Assembly: GCA_965203055.1 (NCBI GenBank)
Contig: OZ241863.1
Location: 2,880,001 to 2,944,000, forward strand
Direction of reading: 5' to 3'
Length of the DNA: 64,000 nucleotides
Origin: Spirochaetia bacterium
GTDB taxonomy: Bacteria > Spirochaetota > Spirochaetia > SZUA-6 > Bin103
Part shown: positions 28,189-38,607 of the stretch, one piece after another
Position numbering within the stretch: the first letter of the stretch is position 1
Layout: the number at the start of each line of letters is the position of its first letter
Notes under the pieces: model-generated
Databases searched by the model: none
Told to the model about the DNA's origin: nothing
What the model saw: only the letters and a program-made list of their open reading frames with translations
Position numbers and translations under genes: made by a program

Positions 28189-29562
28189 ATGGCTGCCGTC
28201 ATCGAACAGGACCAACCCGCCGCGCGCTGGGCCGCGCTTACGCGCGGGACGCTCTACCATCTGCTGCCGGGCCGGGAGCAACGCGCGCTCAGGGAGGTGC
28301 ACGCCCGCTATCCGCTGACGGTGCAGGAGATGAGACTGCTGTGCGAGGCGGCGCGCGACCTGGAGATGTGGGGCGAGCCCGGGTTGGCGGACTGGTGGCA
28401 GCGGGCCGACTTGCCAGACGACCGGCGGGCGGCCGGGCAGGCAGGCGGTCCGGCCGGCGGGCAGGCTGGCGCGGCGCTGCAACCGGCGCCGTCCCCGGAG
28501 CCTCCCCAGGGCTTGGCTCGGGCGCGCAAGCGGCAGCTCCTGCAGCGCCTCCGCGAGCATACCGACGCGTTGCGCGGCGCGGCCACCCGCTACCCGCCGG
28601 CGCGCGCGCGGCAGCCGGACCGCCCGCCGCTGCACCTGGTGCCCGGCGCGCCCGGCGAGGAGGTGTTCGGCGACTGCCCGGTGCGCTCCGAGCGTACCCT
28701 GTGCTGCAACCTGAAGACCATCGACGCGGTCAAGAACTGCGCCTTCGGCTGCAGCTATTGCACCATCCAGACCTTCTACGGCGATCGGGTGGCGGTGGAC
28801 CCCGACCTGGGCGCCAAGCTGCGGCGGCTGCAGTTGGAACCGGGCCGCTTCTATCACGTCGGCTCGGGGCAGTCCTCCGATTCGCTGGTGTGGGGCAACC
28901 GCGGCGGCATCCTCGATCATCTGTGTGAGTTCGCGGCCGAGCACCCGGACGTGCTCCTGGAGCTCAAGACGAAGTCGGCGAACGTCGCCTGGTTTCTGGA
29001 ACCGGGGCGCGAGCTGCCGCCCAACCTGGTGTGTAGCTGGTCGCTCAACACCGAACCGGTGGCCGCGCATGAGGAACATTTCACCGCCTCGCCGGAGCAG
29101 CGTCTGCGCGCCGCGCGGCGGGTCGCGGACCGCGGCGTCAAGGTGGCCTTCCACTTCCATCCCATGGTTCATTACGCCGGTTGGGAGCGGGACTATCCGG
29201 CGCTGGCCGGGCGCCTGATGGAGCGGTTCGACGTTGCCGAGGTGCTGTTCGTTTCGTTCGGCTCCGTGACCTTCATCAAACCGGTGGTCAAGCAGATCCG
29301 GCGCCGCGGGGAGCCGACGCGCATCCTCCAGGCGCGGCTGGTCAGGGACCCGCACGGCAAGCTGACCTATCCCGATGAGATGAAGGTGGAGATGTTCGGC
29401 ACGATGTACCGCACGCTGGCGCCCTGGCGCGGGCGGGTGTTCATGTACCTGTGCATGGAGAAGCCGGCCATCTGGGACCTCGCGTTCGGCTGGCGCTTCG
29501 CCTCCAACGAAGAGTTCGAACGGGCGTTCGCCGCCGGCACGTTGTACCGGCAGCCGGCCTAG
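28189..29562 (+). CDS. Spore photoproduct lyase-like radical SAM protein
   Basis: CAFGCSYC, GQSSDSL, ELKTKSAN, SWSLN, FHFHP, YLCME. Confidence 0.8.
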   Translation: MAAVIEQDQPAARWAALTRGTLYHLLPGREQRALREVHARYPLTVQEMRLLCEAARDLEMWGEPGLADWWQRADLPDDRRAAGQAGGPAGGQAGAALQPAPSPEPPQGLARARKRQLLQRLREHTDALRGAATRYPPARARQPDRPPLHLVPGAPGEEVFGDCPVRSERTLCCNLKTIDAVKNCAFGCSYCTIQTFYGDRVAVDPDLGAKLRRLQLEPGRFYHVGSGQSSDSLVWGNRGGILDHLCEFAAEHPDVLLELKTKSANVAWFLEPGRELPPNLVCSWSLNTEPVAAHEEHFTASPEQRLRAARRVADRGVKVAFHFHPMVHYAGWERDYPALAGRLMERFDVAEVLFVSFGSVTFIKPVVKQIRRRGEPTRILQARLVRDPHGKLTYPDEMKVEMFGTMYRTLAPWRGRVFMYLCMEKPAIWDLAFGWRFASNEEFERAFAAGTLYRQPA

Positions 29563-29566
29563 CGGC

Positions 29567-30052
29567 ATGGCCGCGGCGCTCCGCCGCCGCCTGCTGGCGC
29601 GGCTGCGCCGGGCGGGGGTTGCCTTTACCGAGAGCGAACATGCCGCGGTACGTACCAGCGAGGAGGCCGCGGCGGTGCGCGGCGCGCCGTTGCGCAGCGG
29701 CGCCAAGGCCCTGGTACTGAAGAGCGGCGACCGCTTCCTGCTGGCGGTGCTGCCGGCGGACCGCGCGCTGGACAGCCGCGCGTTGCGCGCCGCGGCCGGC
29801 AGCCGGCGCATCCGGTTCGCCTCGCGCGAGGAGCTGCTGGAGCTGACCGGCCTGACGCCGGGGGCGGTGCCGCCGTTCGGCAGCCTGTTCGGGATGGAAA
29901 CGGTGTGCGATCCGGGACTCGCCGACAACCGCCTGATCAACTTCAATGCCGGCAGCCACCGCCACTCGGTACAGATGAACTACGCCGATTGGGCGGCCCT
30001 GGAACAGCCGCGGATCGCTCCCATCGCCGCCGCCCGCAGCCGGCCGGAATAG
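29567..30052 (+). CDS. YbaK/ProX aminoacyl-tRNA deacylase family
   Basis: H..VRTSEEAA, AKALV, PGAVPPFG, FNAG. Confidence 0.9.
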   Translation: MAAALRRRLLARLRRAGVAFTESEHAAVRTSEEAAAVRGAPLRSGAKALVLKSGDRFLLAVLPADRALDSRALRAAAGSRRIRFASREELLELTGLTPGAVPPFGSLFGMETVCDPGLADNRLINFNAGSHRHSVQMNYADWAALEQPRIAPIAAARSRPE

Positions 30053-30146
30053 CCGGGGACCGCGGCAGCGCGGGCCGCTCCCGCACCGGCGGGAGCCCCT
30101 CCGGTGGAGAATCGAGCCACGAGCACGCGGGGGTGGAACCGTTGGC

Positions 30147-30632
30147 TCACGGCTGCGGCAGGACGCGCGCGTCGCGCAGAATCCGCTCGACGCACTGCGC
30201 CACCCCGGCGCGGCTGGTATCGACGATGCTGTCGACCGGGTCGGGCGGCGTATAGGAGGCGGCGTCCCAGGAACGGCGGTACACCCCCTTGAAGTCACGG
30301 CGCCGGGCGACCTCGGGCGGACACCGCAGCCACGCCAGGAACAGACCGGGCAGCGCCCGCGCCGGCGCCCGGATCTGCTCGGTCGGAGACACCATCGCCA
30401 CCACCACGTCGATGTCGCGCGCCAAGCGCCCGGCCAGGTCGGCCACGCGGCGTACGTTCTCCAGCCGGTCGGCGGCGGAAAAGCCGAGCTGCCGGCTCAG
30501 CGCCCCCCGCCGCACCACGTCGCCGTCGATCAGACACGCCACCCGGCCCAACTCGCCCAGCCGTTCCACCAGCGCGCGGCCGATGGTGGTCTTGCCGGAA
30601 CAGGGCATGCCGGTGAGCCAAAATACTGCCAT
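30147..30632 (-). CDS. cysC: Adenylyl-sulfate kinase
   Basis: WLTGMPCSGKTT, DGDVVR, LGFS..DR.EN, RDFKGVY. Confidence 0.85.
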   Translation of the reverse strand: MAVFWLTGMPCSGKTTIGRALVERLGELGRVACLIDGDVVRRGALSRQLGFSAADRLENVRRVADLAGRLARDIDVVVAMVSPTEQIRAPARALPGLFLAWLRCPPEVARRRDFKGVYRRSWDAASYTPPDPVDSIVDTSRAGVAQCVERILRDARVLPQP

Positions 30633-30845
30633 CAGGTGCCCCTCCAATATACCTTGAGTCCGCAGCATCGGATTCAGCTTGGATTGTTGGCCGGCAGGGC
30701 GAACGGGAAGCTCGCGCGGCGGCTATGGCGGAGCACCGGGGCACCAAGTATGACGGGCGCGCTCCGGTCGCCCCGGCGCCGGTCCGCGAGAGGCCGCGAT
30801 CAGGCGGCACGATTCGCCGCAACGTGCTATAACCTGAGGTCAGGC

Positions 30846-31640
30846 ATGCAGAAAAAACTTCACCGGCTTGAAGGGATCCTGACCCGCATGGGCAGCGTCG
30901 CGGTGGCGCTGTCGGGGGGCGTGGACAGCGGTCTGGTGGCCAAGGTTGCCCGGGACCGCCTCGGTGACGCGGCCATTGCCCTGACCGCGGCGTCGCCGAG
31001 TCTCCCGGCGCAGGAGCGCCGGGCGGTGACCGAACTGGTAGCGCGCATCGGCATCCGGCACCTGTTTCTGGACAGCCGCGAGACCGCGGACCCGCGCTAT
31101 CGGGCCAACGCCCCGGACCGCTGCTACTTCTGCAAGACCAACGTCTACGAAGTGCTGGTCGACTACGCCGAAGGCGAAGGCTATCGCTGCGTGGTGGACG
31201 GCACCAATGCGGACGACGCCGGCGACCACCGCCCCGGCCGGCGCGCGGCGCGCGAGCGGGGGGTGCGCAGCCCGCTGCAGGAGGCCGCGGTCGGCAAGGC
31301 CGAGGTGCGCGCCATGGCCAAGGAGCTGGGCCTGCCGATCTGGGACAAGCCGGCGGCGGCCTGTCTGGCGTCGCGCATCCCCTACGGTTCGCCGGTGACG
31401 CACGCCAAGCTGAGTCAGGTGGAGGCGGCGGAGGCGTTGTTGGGCGCGCTCGGGCTGCGCCAACTGCGCGTGCGCCACCACGGCCAGGTTGCGCGCCTGG
31501 AGGTGGAGCCGCACGATCTGGAACTGGTGCTGGCGCACCGGCGGCGGATTGCGCGCGGGTTGAAGGAGCTGGGGTTCGTGTACGTGACGCTGGACCTGGA
31601 AGGCTTCCGCTCCGGCAGCATGAACGAAGCGCTGCGGTGA
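30846..31640 (+). CDS. larE: NPN cofactor sulfur transferase
   Basis: SGGVDS PP-loop, RCYFCK, DGTNADD..DHRPG, ACLASRIPYG. Confidence 0.95.
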   Translation: MQKKLHRLEGILTRMGSVAVALSGGVDSGLVAKVARDRLGDAAIALTAASPSLPAQERRAVTELVARIGIRHLFLDSRETADPRYRANAPDRCYFCKTNVYEVLVDYAEGEGYRCVVDGTNADDAGDHRPGRRAARERGVRSPLQEAAVGKAEVRAMAKELGLPIWDKPAAACLASRIPYGSPVTHAKLSQVEAAEALLGALGLRQLRVRHHGQVARLEVEPHDLELVLAHRRRIARGLKELGFVYVTLDLEGFRSGSMNEALR

Positions 31641-32416
31641 CCGAAGAGCTGCTGGCCGCCCTGCTCGGCGAGGTGCGGGCCGGACGCCTGGAGGTGGCCG
31701 CGGCGCTGGACCGGCTGCGCGGCTTTCCGGTAGACGCCGCGGTGGCCGGCGCGCGGCTGGATACCCAGCGGGCGTTGCGCACCGGGGTGGCCGAGGTGGT
31801 GTTGTGCAGCGGCAAGAGCGCCGCGCAGGTGGCGCAGATTCTGCAGCGGCTGCAGGCCCACCACGGCCGCGCGCTGGGCACCCGCGCTACCCCTGAGCAG
31901 GCGCGCCAGGTACGGGAAGAGCTGGCCGCGGCGGCCTACGATCCGGTGTCGCGGTTGCTCACCCTGGGCGCGCCGCCGGAGCCGGAGCGCGGCGCCGCGC
32001 CGCCGGTGGCGGTGGTCAGCGCCGGCAGCGCCGACCTGCCGGTGGCCGAGGAGGCGGCGCAGACCCTGGAGTTTCTCGGCCTCGCCGTCGAGCGCTGCTA
32101 CGACGTGGGAGTGGCCGGGCTGCACCGGCTGCTCGCCGCGCAGCCGCAATTGGAGCGCGCCGCGGTGGTGATCAGCGTGGCCGGCATGGAGGGAGCGCTC
32201 ACCAGCGTGGTGGCCGGCCTGCTGGCGGCGCCGGTGATCGGGGTGCCCACCAGCGTCGGCTACGGCGCGCATCTGGGGGGCGGCGCGGCGCTGCTGGCGA
32301 TGCTCAATTCCTGCGCCGCGGGCGTGGCGGTGGTGAACATCGACAACGGCTTCGGCGCCGCGCTGATGGCCGCCGCAATCGTGCGCCAGATCAGCGCCGC
32401 CGGCGGGGCGCGGTGA
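31637..32416 (+). CDS. larB: NPN cofactor carboxylase/hydrolase
   Basis: DVGVAGLHRL, AGMEGAL, PTSVGYG, LNSC, VVNIDNGFGAA. Confidence 0.95.
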   Translation: MTEELLAALLGEVRAGRLEVAAALDRLRGFPVDAAVAGARLDTQRALRTGVAEVVLCSGKSAAQVAQILQRLQAHHGRALGTRATPEQARQVREELAAAAYDPVSRLLTLGAPPEPERGAAPPVAVVSAGSADLPVAEEAAQTLEFLGLAVERCYDVGVAGLHRLLAAQPQLERAAVVISVAGMEGALTSVVAGLLAAPVIGVPTSVGYGAHLGGGAALLAMLNSCAAGVAVVNIDNGFGAALMAAAIVRQISAAGGAR

Positions 32417-33645
32417 CGGTCGCCTACATCGACTGCATCGCCGGCGTCAGCGGCGACATGCTGCTCGGCGCGCTGCTTGCCGCCGGCGTCTCCGAGGCGG
32501 AGCTGCGGGAGCGGCTGGCCGACCTGCATCTGCCCGGCTTTGAGCTGGGCGCGCAGCCGGTGCAGAAGGCCGGCATCGGCGCGCTGCAGGTCGAGGTGCG
32601 GGTCACCGATCACGCCACCGAACGTCATCTGCCGGAAATTGCCGCCCTGCTGGAGGCGAGCGCGGTCCCGGCCGCGATCAAGCGCCGCGCCGGCGCCATC
32701 TTCCAGCGCCTTGGGGACGTCGAGGCCGCCATCCACGGTTCCTCCCGCGACCGCGTCCACCTGCACGAGTTGGGCGGCATCGACACGATCGTCGACGTGG
32801 TGGGCGTGCTCACCGGCTTCCAGTTGCTCGGCGTGGAGCGCGTGGTGTGCTCGCCGCTGCCGCTGGCGCGCGGCTTCGTCGACTCCGCCCATGGGCGGCT
32901 GCCATTGCCGGCGCCGGCCACGGTGGCCCTTCTGCAAGGCGTTCCGGTGACCGGCGCCGAGGTGGAAGGGGAGCTGGTGACCCCCACCGGCGCGGCGCTG
33001 GTTACCGAGCTGGCCGCCCGCTTCGGGGCGCTGCCCGCGATGACGCTGCGCGCCGCCGGGTACGGCGCCGGGCGCGCGCAGCGCGCCATTCCCAACGTGG
33101 TGCGCCTGCTGGTAGGGGAGGCGGCCGGCGCCGGCGGAGACGGCGGCGGTGACGGCGGAGAGGAGGGCGGCGCCGCGCCGGAACCGCTGTTCGTGGTCGA
33201 GACCAACATCGACGACATGAACCCGGAGTGGTACGACTACGTGACCGCGCGCCTGTTCGCGGCCGGCGCGCTGGAGGTGTTCACCCAGCCGGCGGCGATG
33301 AAGAAGAACCGTCCCGCCACGCTGCTGAGCGTGTTGTGCCGCCCGGCGCAGCGCGCCGCGGTACGCCGCCTGCTGTTTCGCGAGACCACTACGATCGGCG
33401 TGCGCGAACACCTGGTGCAGCGCTACGCTCTGGCGCGGGAGACGCGGCTGGTAACGACCAGCCATGGCGAGATTCGCGTCAAGATGGTGGGCGGCGCCGG
33501 CCCGGAGCCGCGCTGGGCGCCCGAATACGACGACTGCCGGCGCGCCGCCGAGGCCACCGGCGCGCCGTTGCAGGCGGTGTATCAGGCCGCTGCCCAGGCC
33601 GCGGCGGGAGGCGCCCCCGGCGCGGCCCGCCAGGGCGCGCCATGA
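32413..33645 (+). CDS. larC: NPN cofactor nickel insertase
   Basis: GVSGDM, HLHE, TPTGAA, ETNIDDM, MKKNRP, ETTTIGVR, PEYDD. Confidence 0.95.
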   Translation: MTVAYIDCIAGVSGDMLLGALLAAGVSEAELRERLADLHLPGFELGAQPVQKAGIGALQVEVRVTDHATERHLPEIAALLEASAVPAAIKRRAGAIFQRLGDVEAAIHGSSRDRVHLHELGGIDTIVDVVGVLTGFQLLGVERVVCSPLPLARGFVDSAHGRLPLPAPATVALLQGVPVTGAEVEGELVTPTGAALVTELAARFGALPAMTLRAAGYGAGRAQRAIPNVVRLLVGEAAGAGGDGGGDGGEEGGAAPEPLFVVETNIDDMNPEWYDYVTARLFAAGALEVFTQPAAMKKNRPATLLSVLCRPAQRAAVRRLLFRETTTIGVREHLVQRYALARETRLVTTSHGEIRVKMVGGAGPEPRWAPEYDDCRRAAEATGAPLQAVYQAAAQAAAGGAPGAARQGAP

Positions 33646-33667
33646 AGCGCGCGCGGCGCCGGGGCAG

Positions 33668-34630
33668 CTACCGCGGTGCGGCGCCGCGCCCGGCGCTGCG
33701 CACCGAGCGGATGATGTCTTCCACCATCTCGCGCACGCCGAAGCGCGGCCGCCAGCCCAGTTCGGCGGCCGCGCGCCGGCAGTCGATGCGCCACTCGCGG
33801 TAGCCGCCTACCACCTGCATGATCACCGGGTCCGGGGCGAAGGTGAACTGCGCCTGCGGCAGGAGCTGGCGGACGTGGGCGATCATCTCCCGCACCACCA
33901 CCCGCCCGGAGGCGACGTTGTAGATGCGTTGCGGGGCCGCCGCGGCGCCGGCCAGACGGGCGAGCGCGCTGACCGCGTCGCGCAGGTACACCACCGGATA
34001 GGCGGTGTCCTCGCTCACCTCGACGGCGTAGGGTTCGCCGCGCGCGGCGCGCTCGGGGATCAGCGAGGTGAACAGGCTCGCCGACCCTGCCGCCTGGCGA
34101 AAGGGACCGGTTACCGCCGCCAAGCGGGCGGCGCGGAAGTCGATGCCGTGGCGGCGCGCATACAGCAGCCCCAGTTCCTCGGCGCACCGCTTGGTGTACC
34201 CGTACCAGCCGTCCGGCTCGGTGGCCATGCTCTCGCTGATCGGCTGCGGCAAGCCGCGCCCGTACACGCCGATGGTGCTGGCCAGCACCACCCGCCGCCG
34301 GCCGCAGGCGCGCGCCGCGTCGAGGACGTGGAAGCTGCCGCCGAGGTTCACCGCCATGCCCGACGCCGGCTCGCGGTCGCAGCCGGCGGTCAGCAGGCCG
34401 GCGAGGTGCACGATCGGATCGTGCGCGCCGCTGCGCTCCACCGCGGCCCGCACCGCAGCACGATCGCGAATGTCTCCGCTGACGTAGCTCACCCCGGCCG
34501 GCCAGCCGGCGCCGGCTGCCGTTGCCGGCGGCGCCGCGTCGAAGGCCAGTACCTCGCGCCCCGCGGCGGCGAAGTGGCGCGCCAGCGCCCGGCCGATGAA
34601 CCCGGCGCCGCCGGTGATCAGAACAGCCAC
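33668..34630 (-). CDS. NAD-dependent epimerase/dehydratase (extended SDR)
   Basis: TGGAGFIG and YGYTK. Confidence 0.9.
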   Translation of the reverse strand: MAVLITGGAGFIGRALARHFAAAGREVLAFDAAPPATAAGAGWPAGVSYVSGDIRDRAAVRAAVERSGAHDPIVHLAGLLTAGCDREPASGMAVNLGGSFHVLDAARACGRRRVVLASTIGVYGRGLPQPISESMATEPDGWYGYTKRCAEELGLLYARRHGIDFRAARLAAVTGPFRQAAGSASLFTSLIPERAARGEPYAVEVSEDTAYPVVYLRDAVSALARLAGAAAAPQRIYNVASGRVVVREMIAHVRQLLPQAQFTFAPDPVIMQVVGGYREWRIDCRRAAAELGWRPRFGVREMVEDIIRSVRSAGRGAAPR

Positions 34631-34688
34631 GCGCCCATCATACCCGGGACGCCGCCGCGGCGCGCGCGGATGGTGTAGGATCGGCGCG

Positions 34689-36017
34689 ATGCTGACCGCG
34701 GCGCGACCGTTTGCCCGCCACGGGACCGAAAAGATGGTCTACGACCTGCGCATGGGCCCGCAGGCGCTGTGGCACGAGGAGATGATCTACCTCGTCTACC
34801 ACTCCACCGGCGGGGCCGGCGCCGAGCTGCTCGGGCACCCCTATGCCGTTGCCTACGACGTGAGCCGCCGCCGCTGGTCGGAGCCGGTCAGGCTGGGCAG
34901 CGCGCGCGGCTACGACCATCACTACGCGCCGGTAATCTGGCGCGACCCGGGCGGCCGGCTGCACGTGCTCTACCATTGCCACGGCGCCGACGGCGGCGTT
35001 CACCTGGTGGCGGAACGTCCCGATTCGATTGCCGGCTGGCGCCCGGGTCCGGCCATCGCCCCGTCGATCTCCTATCCGCGCCTCTTCCCGCTGGGCGGCG
35101 GCCGCCTGCTGCTCTACTTCCGCACCTTCGGGCACATGGGCCACTGGGGCTACCGGCTCTCCAACGACGGCGGCTACACCTGGACCCGGCCCGAGGCGCC
35201 GCTGGTGGACTTCGACCAGAACCCGCAGACCAACCTCGATACCTGGGCCGGCACCTACCACAGCGCCTGCCTCAGCCGCGACCGCGCGTGGCTGCACCTC
35301 GGCTTCAACTACCTGGACGAGCGCGCTTCGCCCAACCCGGTGTATCGGCCGCCCTGGTACAACCGCTATCACCTCTACTACGCGCGGCTGGAGGTGGCCA
35401 GCGGCGAGTTGTACGGGCCGGACGGGGGGCGGCTGCCGCGCCCGCTGACCCGGGCCGGCGCCGAGGCATGCAAGCTGTGGCACACCGGGCACCGCTACTC
35501 GCTCAACCCGTCGATCCTGCCGGCGGACCAGCCGGAGGGCGCGGGGGAGGGCGGCGCCGCGTTCGTGGCGCCGGTGTCCGACGCCACGCCGCACGACGTG
35601 GTGTACTACTTCGTGCGCCGCCGGCAGGGGGTGTGGGAGCGCCATCCGATCGTGCGCACCAACAGCATCTGGTCCGGCTCGCACGTGACCCGCGGCGCCG
35701 ACCGCGCGATCATCGCCTACCTGACGGTGGGGACGGCGGACGGCGCCAACCTGCGCTACGGCGGCGGCACGGTCGAAGTGTGGCGCTCGCGCGACGAAGG
35801 GGTGACCTGGCAGCGCGCCGCGCGGCTGCTGCCGGAGCGCGGGCTGCTGTACAACAACCCCAAGCCGGTGGAGCGCGCCGATGGCCGCGAAGTGGCGCGC
35901 TGTCTCACCCTGTTCGGTTGGCCGGGGCCGGGCGGCCTGGAGCAGCCGCAACCGCCGTTCCGCCCGTTGGGCAACAGCGCCCGCGCCTTCCTCTGGCTCG
36001 CCGGAGAGTGGCGCTAG
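34689..36017 (+). CDS. BNR-4 repeat-like beta-propeller (glycosidase/lyase-like)
   Basis: DHHYAP, SYP, Asp-boxes SNDGGYTW and SRDEGVTW. Confidence 0.7.
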   Translation: MLTAARPFARHGTEKMVYDLRMGPQALWHEEMIYLVYHSTGGAGAELLGHPYAVAYDVSRRRWSEPVRLGSARGYDHHYAPVIWRDPGGRLHVLYHCHGADGGVHLVAERPDSIAGWRPGPAIAPSISYPRLFPLGGGRLLLYFRTFGHMGHWGYRLSNDGGYTWTRPEAPLVDFDQNPQTNLDTWAGTYHSACLSRDRAWLHLGFNYLDERASPNPVYRPPWYNRYHLYYARLEVASGELYGPDGGRLPRPLTRAGAEACKLWHTGHRYSLNPSILPADQPEGAGEGGAAFVAPVSDATPHDVVYYFVRRRQGVWERHPIVRTNSIWSGSHVTRGADRAIIAYLTVGTADGANLRYGGGTVEVWRSRDEGVTWQRAARLLPERGLLYNNPKPVERADGREVARCLTLFGWPGPGGLEQPQPPFRPLGNSARAFLWLAGEWR

Positions 36018-36054
36018 CCGCGGCGGGCTGCCAGCCGCCGCCGTGCGCCAGCCG

Positions 36055-37461
36055 ATGACCGGACACCCGCCGCCGCGCGGCACCCCTCCGGCCCGGCCGC
36101 AGCGCCGCGCGCCGGCGGTCATGCTGGTCAAGCTGCTGGCGATTCTGTCGCTGAGCGCCGCGGCGGCAAGCAGCTCCACGCCGGCGCGCGCGCAATCCGC
36201 AGCGCCGTCCGAGGGAGCCGCGGCCGTGACCGCCGCGGATACGACCACCGGCGCCGCGGCGGCGCGCGCGGAGCGCCGGTTCGCCGAGGTGCGCGCCCTG
36301 TGGGTGATCCGCACCGCCCTCGGCAGCGCCGACCAGGTACGGGCGATGGTGGAGCAGGCCGCGGCCGGCGGGTTCAACACGTTGCTGGTGCAGGTGCGCG
36401 GGCGCGGCGACGCGCTGTACGCCTCGGCCCACGAGCCGCGCGCCGAGAGCCTGCCCGACGATCCGGCCTACGATCCGCTGCAGGTGACGATCGAGGCGGC
36501 GCGCGCGCGCGGTCTGGCGGTCCACGCGTGGGTCAACACCCACCTGGTGTGGGGTCCGGCGGCGCCGCCGCGCAGCCCCGAGCACCTGGTGAACGCCCAT
36601 CCCGACTGGCTGGCGGTGCCGCGCAGTCTGGGCCGCGAGCTCTACGACCACGATCCGCATGCCGCGGGCTACGTGGAGCGGCTGCTCGGGCATGCCGCCG
36701 AGTCGCGCCATCTCGAGGGCCTGTTCACCAGTCCCTCGCACCCGGCGGTGCAGGAGCGCGTGCGGCAGGTGTGGGTCGATCTGGCGCGCAACTACGACCT
36801 GGACGGCATCCACTTCGACTACGTCCGCTTCCCCTCGCCTGAGTTCGACTACTCGCGCGGCGCCCTGGAACGATTCGCCGCCTGGGTCAAGCCGCGCCTG
36901 GCGGGCGCCCGCTTCGTGAGCCTGGCGGCCGCCGCGCAGCAGGATCCCTACGCCCTGGCGGAGGCGCTGCCGGAGTACTGGAACGTGTTCCGGCGCGACA
37001 GCGTCACCGCCCTGGTGCGGCGCGTCTACCAGGCGGTCAAGGCGCTGCGGCCTGAGCTGGTGGTCTCGGCGGCGGTCCTCCCGGACCGCCGCCGGGCGCG
37101 CGAAGAGCGCTTCCAGGCGTGGACCGCCTGGCTGGCCGACGGGATTCTCGACGTCGCCGTGCCGATGGCGTACACCGAGGACCCGGACCAGTTCCGCGAC
37201 TGGATCGCGCGCGCGCGCGCCGCGGCCGGCAGCGGCGCGCGCCTGTGGGCCGGGATCGGAGCGTACAAGAACCCGGTCGCCGGCACCCTGCTGCAGGTCG
37301 ATCACGCGCGCCGGGAAGGGGCCGGCGGCGTGGTGGTGTTCGCCTACGCCGCGGCCTCCAGCACCGCCCCGGAGCCGGGCGCCGCGCCGCCCCTCGAACA
37401 GATCGGGCAGGCGGCATTCGCCGCGCCGCAGGCGGCCCCCCCGCAGGAGGAACCCCCGTAG
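36055..37461 (+). CDS. Secreted GHL10/DUF187 glycoside hydrolase-like protein
   Basis: EVRALW, QVRGRGDALY, VHAW, DGIHFDYVRFP, PMAY. Start uncertain (36055 or 36121). Confidence 0.85.
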   Translation: MTGHPPPRGTPPARPQRRAPAVMLVKLLAILSLSAAAASSSTPARAQSAAPSEGAAAVTAADTTTGAAAARAERRFAEVRALWVIRTALGSADQVRAMVEQAAAGGFNTLLVQVRGRGDALYASAHEPRAESLPDDPAYDPLQVTIEAARARGLAVHAWVNTHLVWGPAAPPRSPEHLVNAHPDWLAVPRSLGRELYDHDPHAAGYVERLLGHAAESRHLEGLFTSPSHPAVQERVRQVWVDLARNYDLDGIHFDYVRFPSPEFDYSRGALERFAAWVKPRLAGARFVSLAAAAQQDPYALAEALPEYWNVFRRDSVTALVRRVYQAVKALRPELVVSAAVLPDRRRAREERFQAWTAWLADGILDVAVPMAYTEDPDQFRDWIARARAAAGSGARLWAGIGAYKNPVAGTLLQVDHARREGAGGVVVFAYAAASSTAPEPGAAPPLEQIGQAAFAAPQAAPPQEEPP

Positions 37462-37488
37462 GGCCGCGGCCGGCTGCCGGCGGCAGGG

Positions 37489-38607
37489 CTACTGGCGGTA
37501 GGGATCGGCCGCGTCGCGCAGCCCGTCGCCCAGGAAGTTGAACGCCATCACCGTTATCACCACGAACAGGGCCGGTATCAACTGCCACGGGAAGTGCGCG
37601 ACGCTGCTGATGTTCTGCGCCTTCTGCAGCAGCACTCCCCAGCTCACCGACGGCGCGCGCAGGCCCAGCCCCAGGAAGCTGAGCGCGGTCTCGCCGAGGA
37701 TCATCCCCGGGATGGCGAGGGTCAGGTCGACGATCAGATAGCTGGCGAAGTTGGGCAGCAGGTGGCGGTTGATGATGGTCAGCTCGCGCATCCCGGCCAG
37801 GCGCGCGGCCAGGGTGAAGTCGCGTTCGCGCAGCTCCAGCAGCTTGCCGCGCACCACCCGCGCCAGACCGCCCCAGCGGATCAGGGCCACGATCACGACG
37901 ATGGCGAAGTAGATGCGCAGGTTCGACCAGTGCAGCGGCAGCGCCGCCGACAGCGCCAGCCACAGCGGAATGGTGGGAATGGAGAGCAGGAACTCGATGA
38001 CGCGCTGGATGAACATGTCCACGCGGCCGCCGAAATACCCCGAGATGCCGCCGAGCAGCACCCCGATGACGAACGTTATCGCCACCCCCACCAGCCCGAT
38101 CGACAGCGAGATGCGCGCCGCCAGAATCGAGCGCGAGTACATGTCCTGGCCCAGGCTGTCGGTGCCGAACAGGAACAGGGCGCCCGGGTCGTCCACCCCG
38201 AACAGGCGCACCGTGGCGGGCAGCACGCCGAACAGCCGGTAGGGCTCGCCGGGGACGAAGAAGCGGATCGGGTAGCGCGCTTCGTCCTCGGTGTAGATGG
38301 CGGCCAGCGTTTCGGGATCGCGGTCGGCGATGATGCCGCGCACGAACGGCCGGGTCAGGCGGCCGTCGTCGAACCAGCGGACGCGCGACGGCGGGTGGTT
38401 GATGGCGACCGGGTAGCGCCAGTCCGCGGCGTAGGGGGTGACGAAGTCCGCGAACAGGGCGAGGAAGTAGAACACGCCGAGCACGCTGCCGCCGATGATG
38501 GCCATCCGGTGCCGGCGGAACTTGCGCCACATGAGCTGCCATTGGGACGCGACGAAGTCGCGCTCCGCGGCGCTCGGCAGCGCCGCGCCCGCCGCGCGCC
38601 GCCTCAT
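37489..38607 (-). CDS. Peptide/sugar ABC permease (OppC/DppC type)
   Basis: FGTDSLGQD, ETALSFLGLG, FNFLGDGLRDAADP. Confidence 0.95.
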   Translation of the reverse strand: MRRRAAGAALPSAAERDFVASQWQLMWRKFRRHRMAIIGGSVLGVFYFLALFADFVTPYAADWRYPVAINHPPSRVRWFDDGRLTRPFVRGIIADRDPETLAAIYTEDEARYPIRFFVPGEPYRLFGVLPATVRLFGVDDPGALFLFGTDSLGQDMYSRSILAARISLSIGLVGVAITFVIGVLLGGISGYFGGRVDMFIQRVIEFLLSIPTIPLWLALSAALPLHWSNLRIYFAIVVIVALIRWGGLARVVRGKLLELRERDFTLAARLAGMRELTIINRHLLPNFASYLIVDLTLAIPGMILGETALSFLGLGLRAPSVSWGVLLQKAQNISSVAHFPWQLIPALFVVITVMAFNFLGDGLRDAADPYRQ

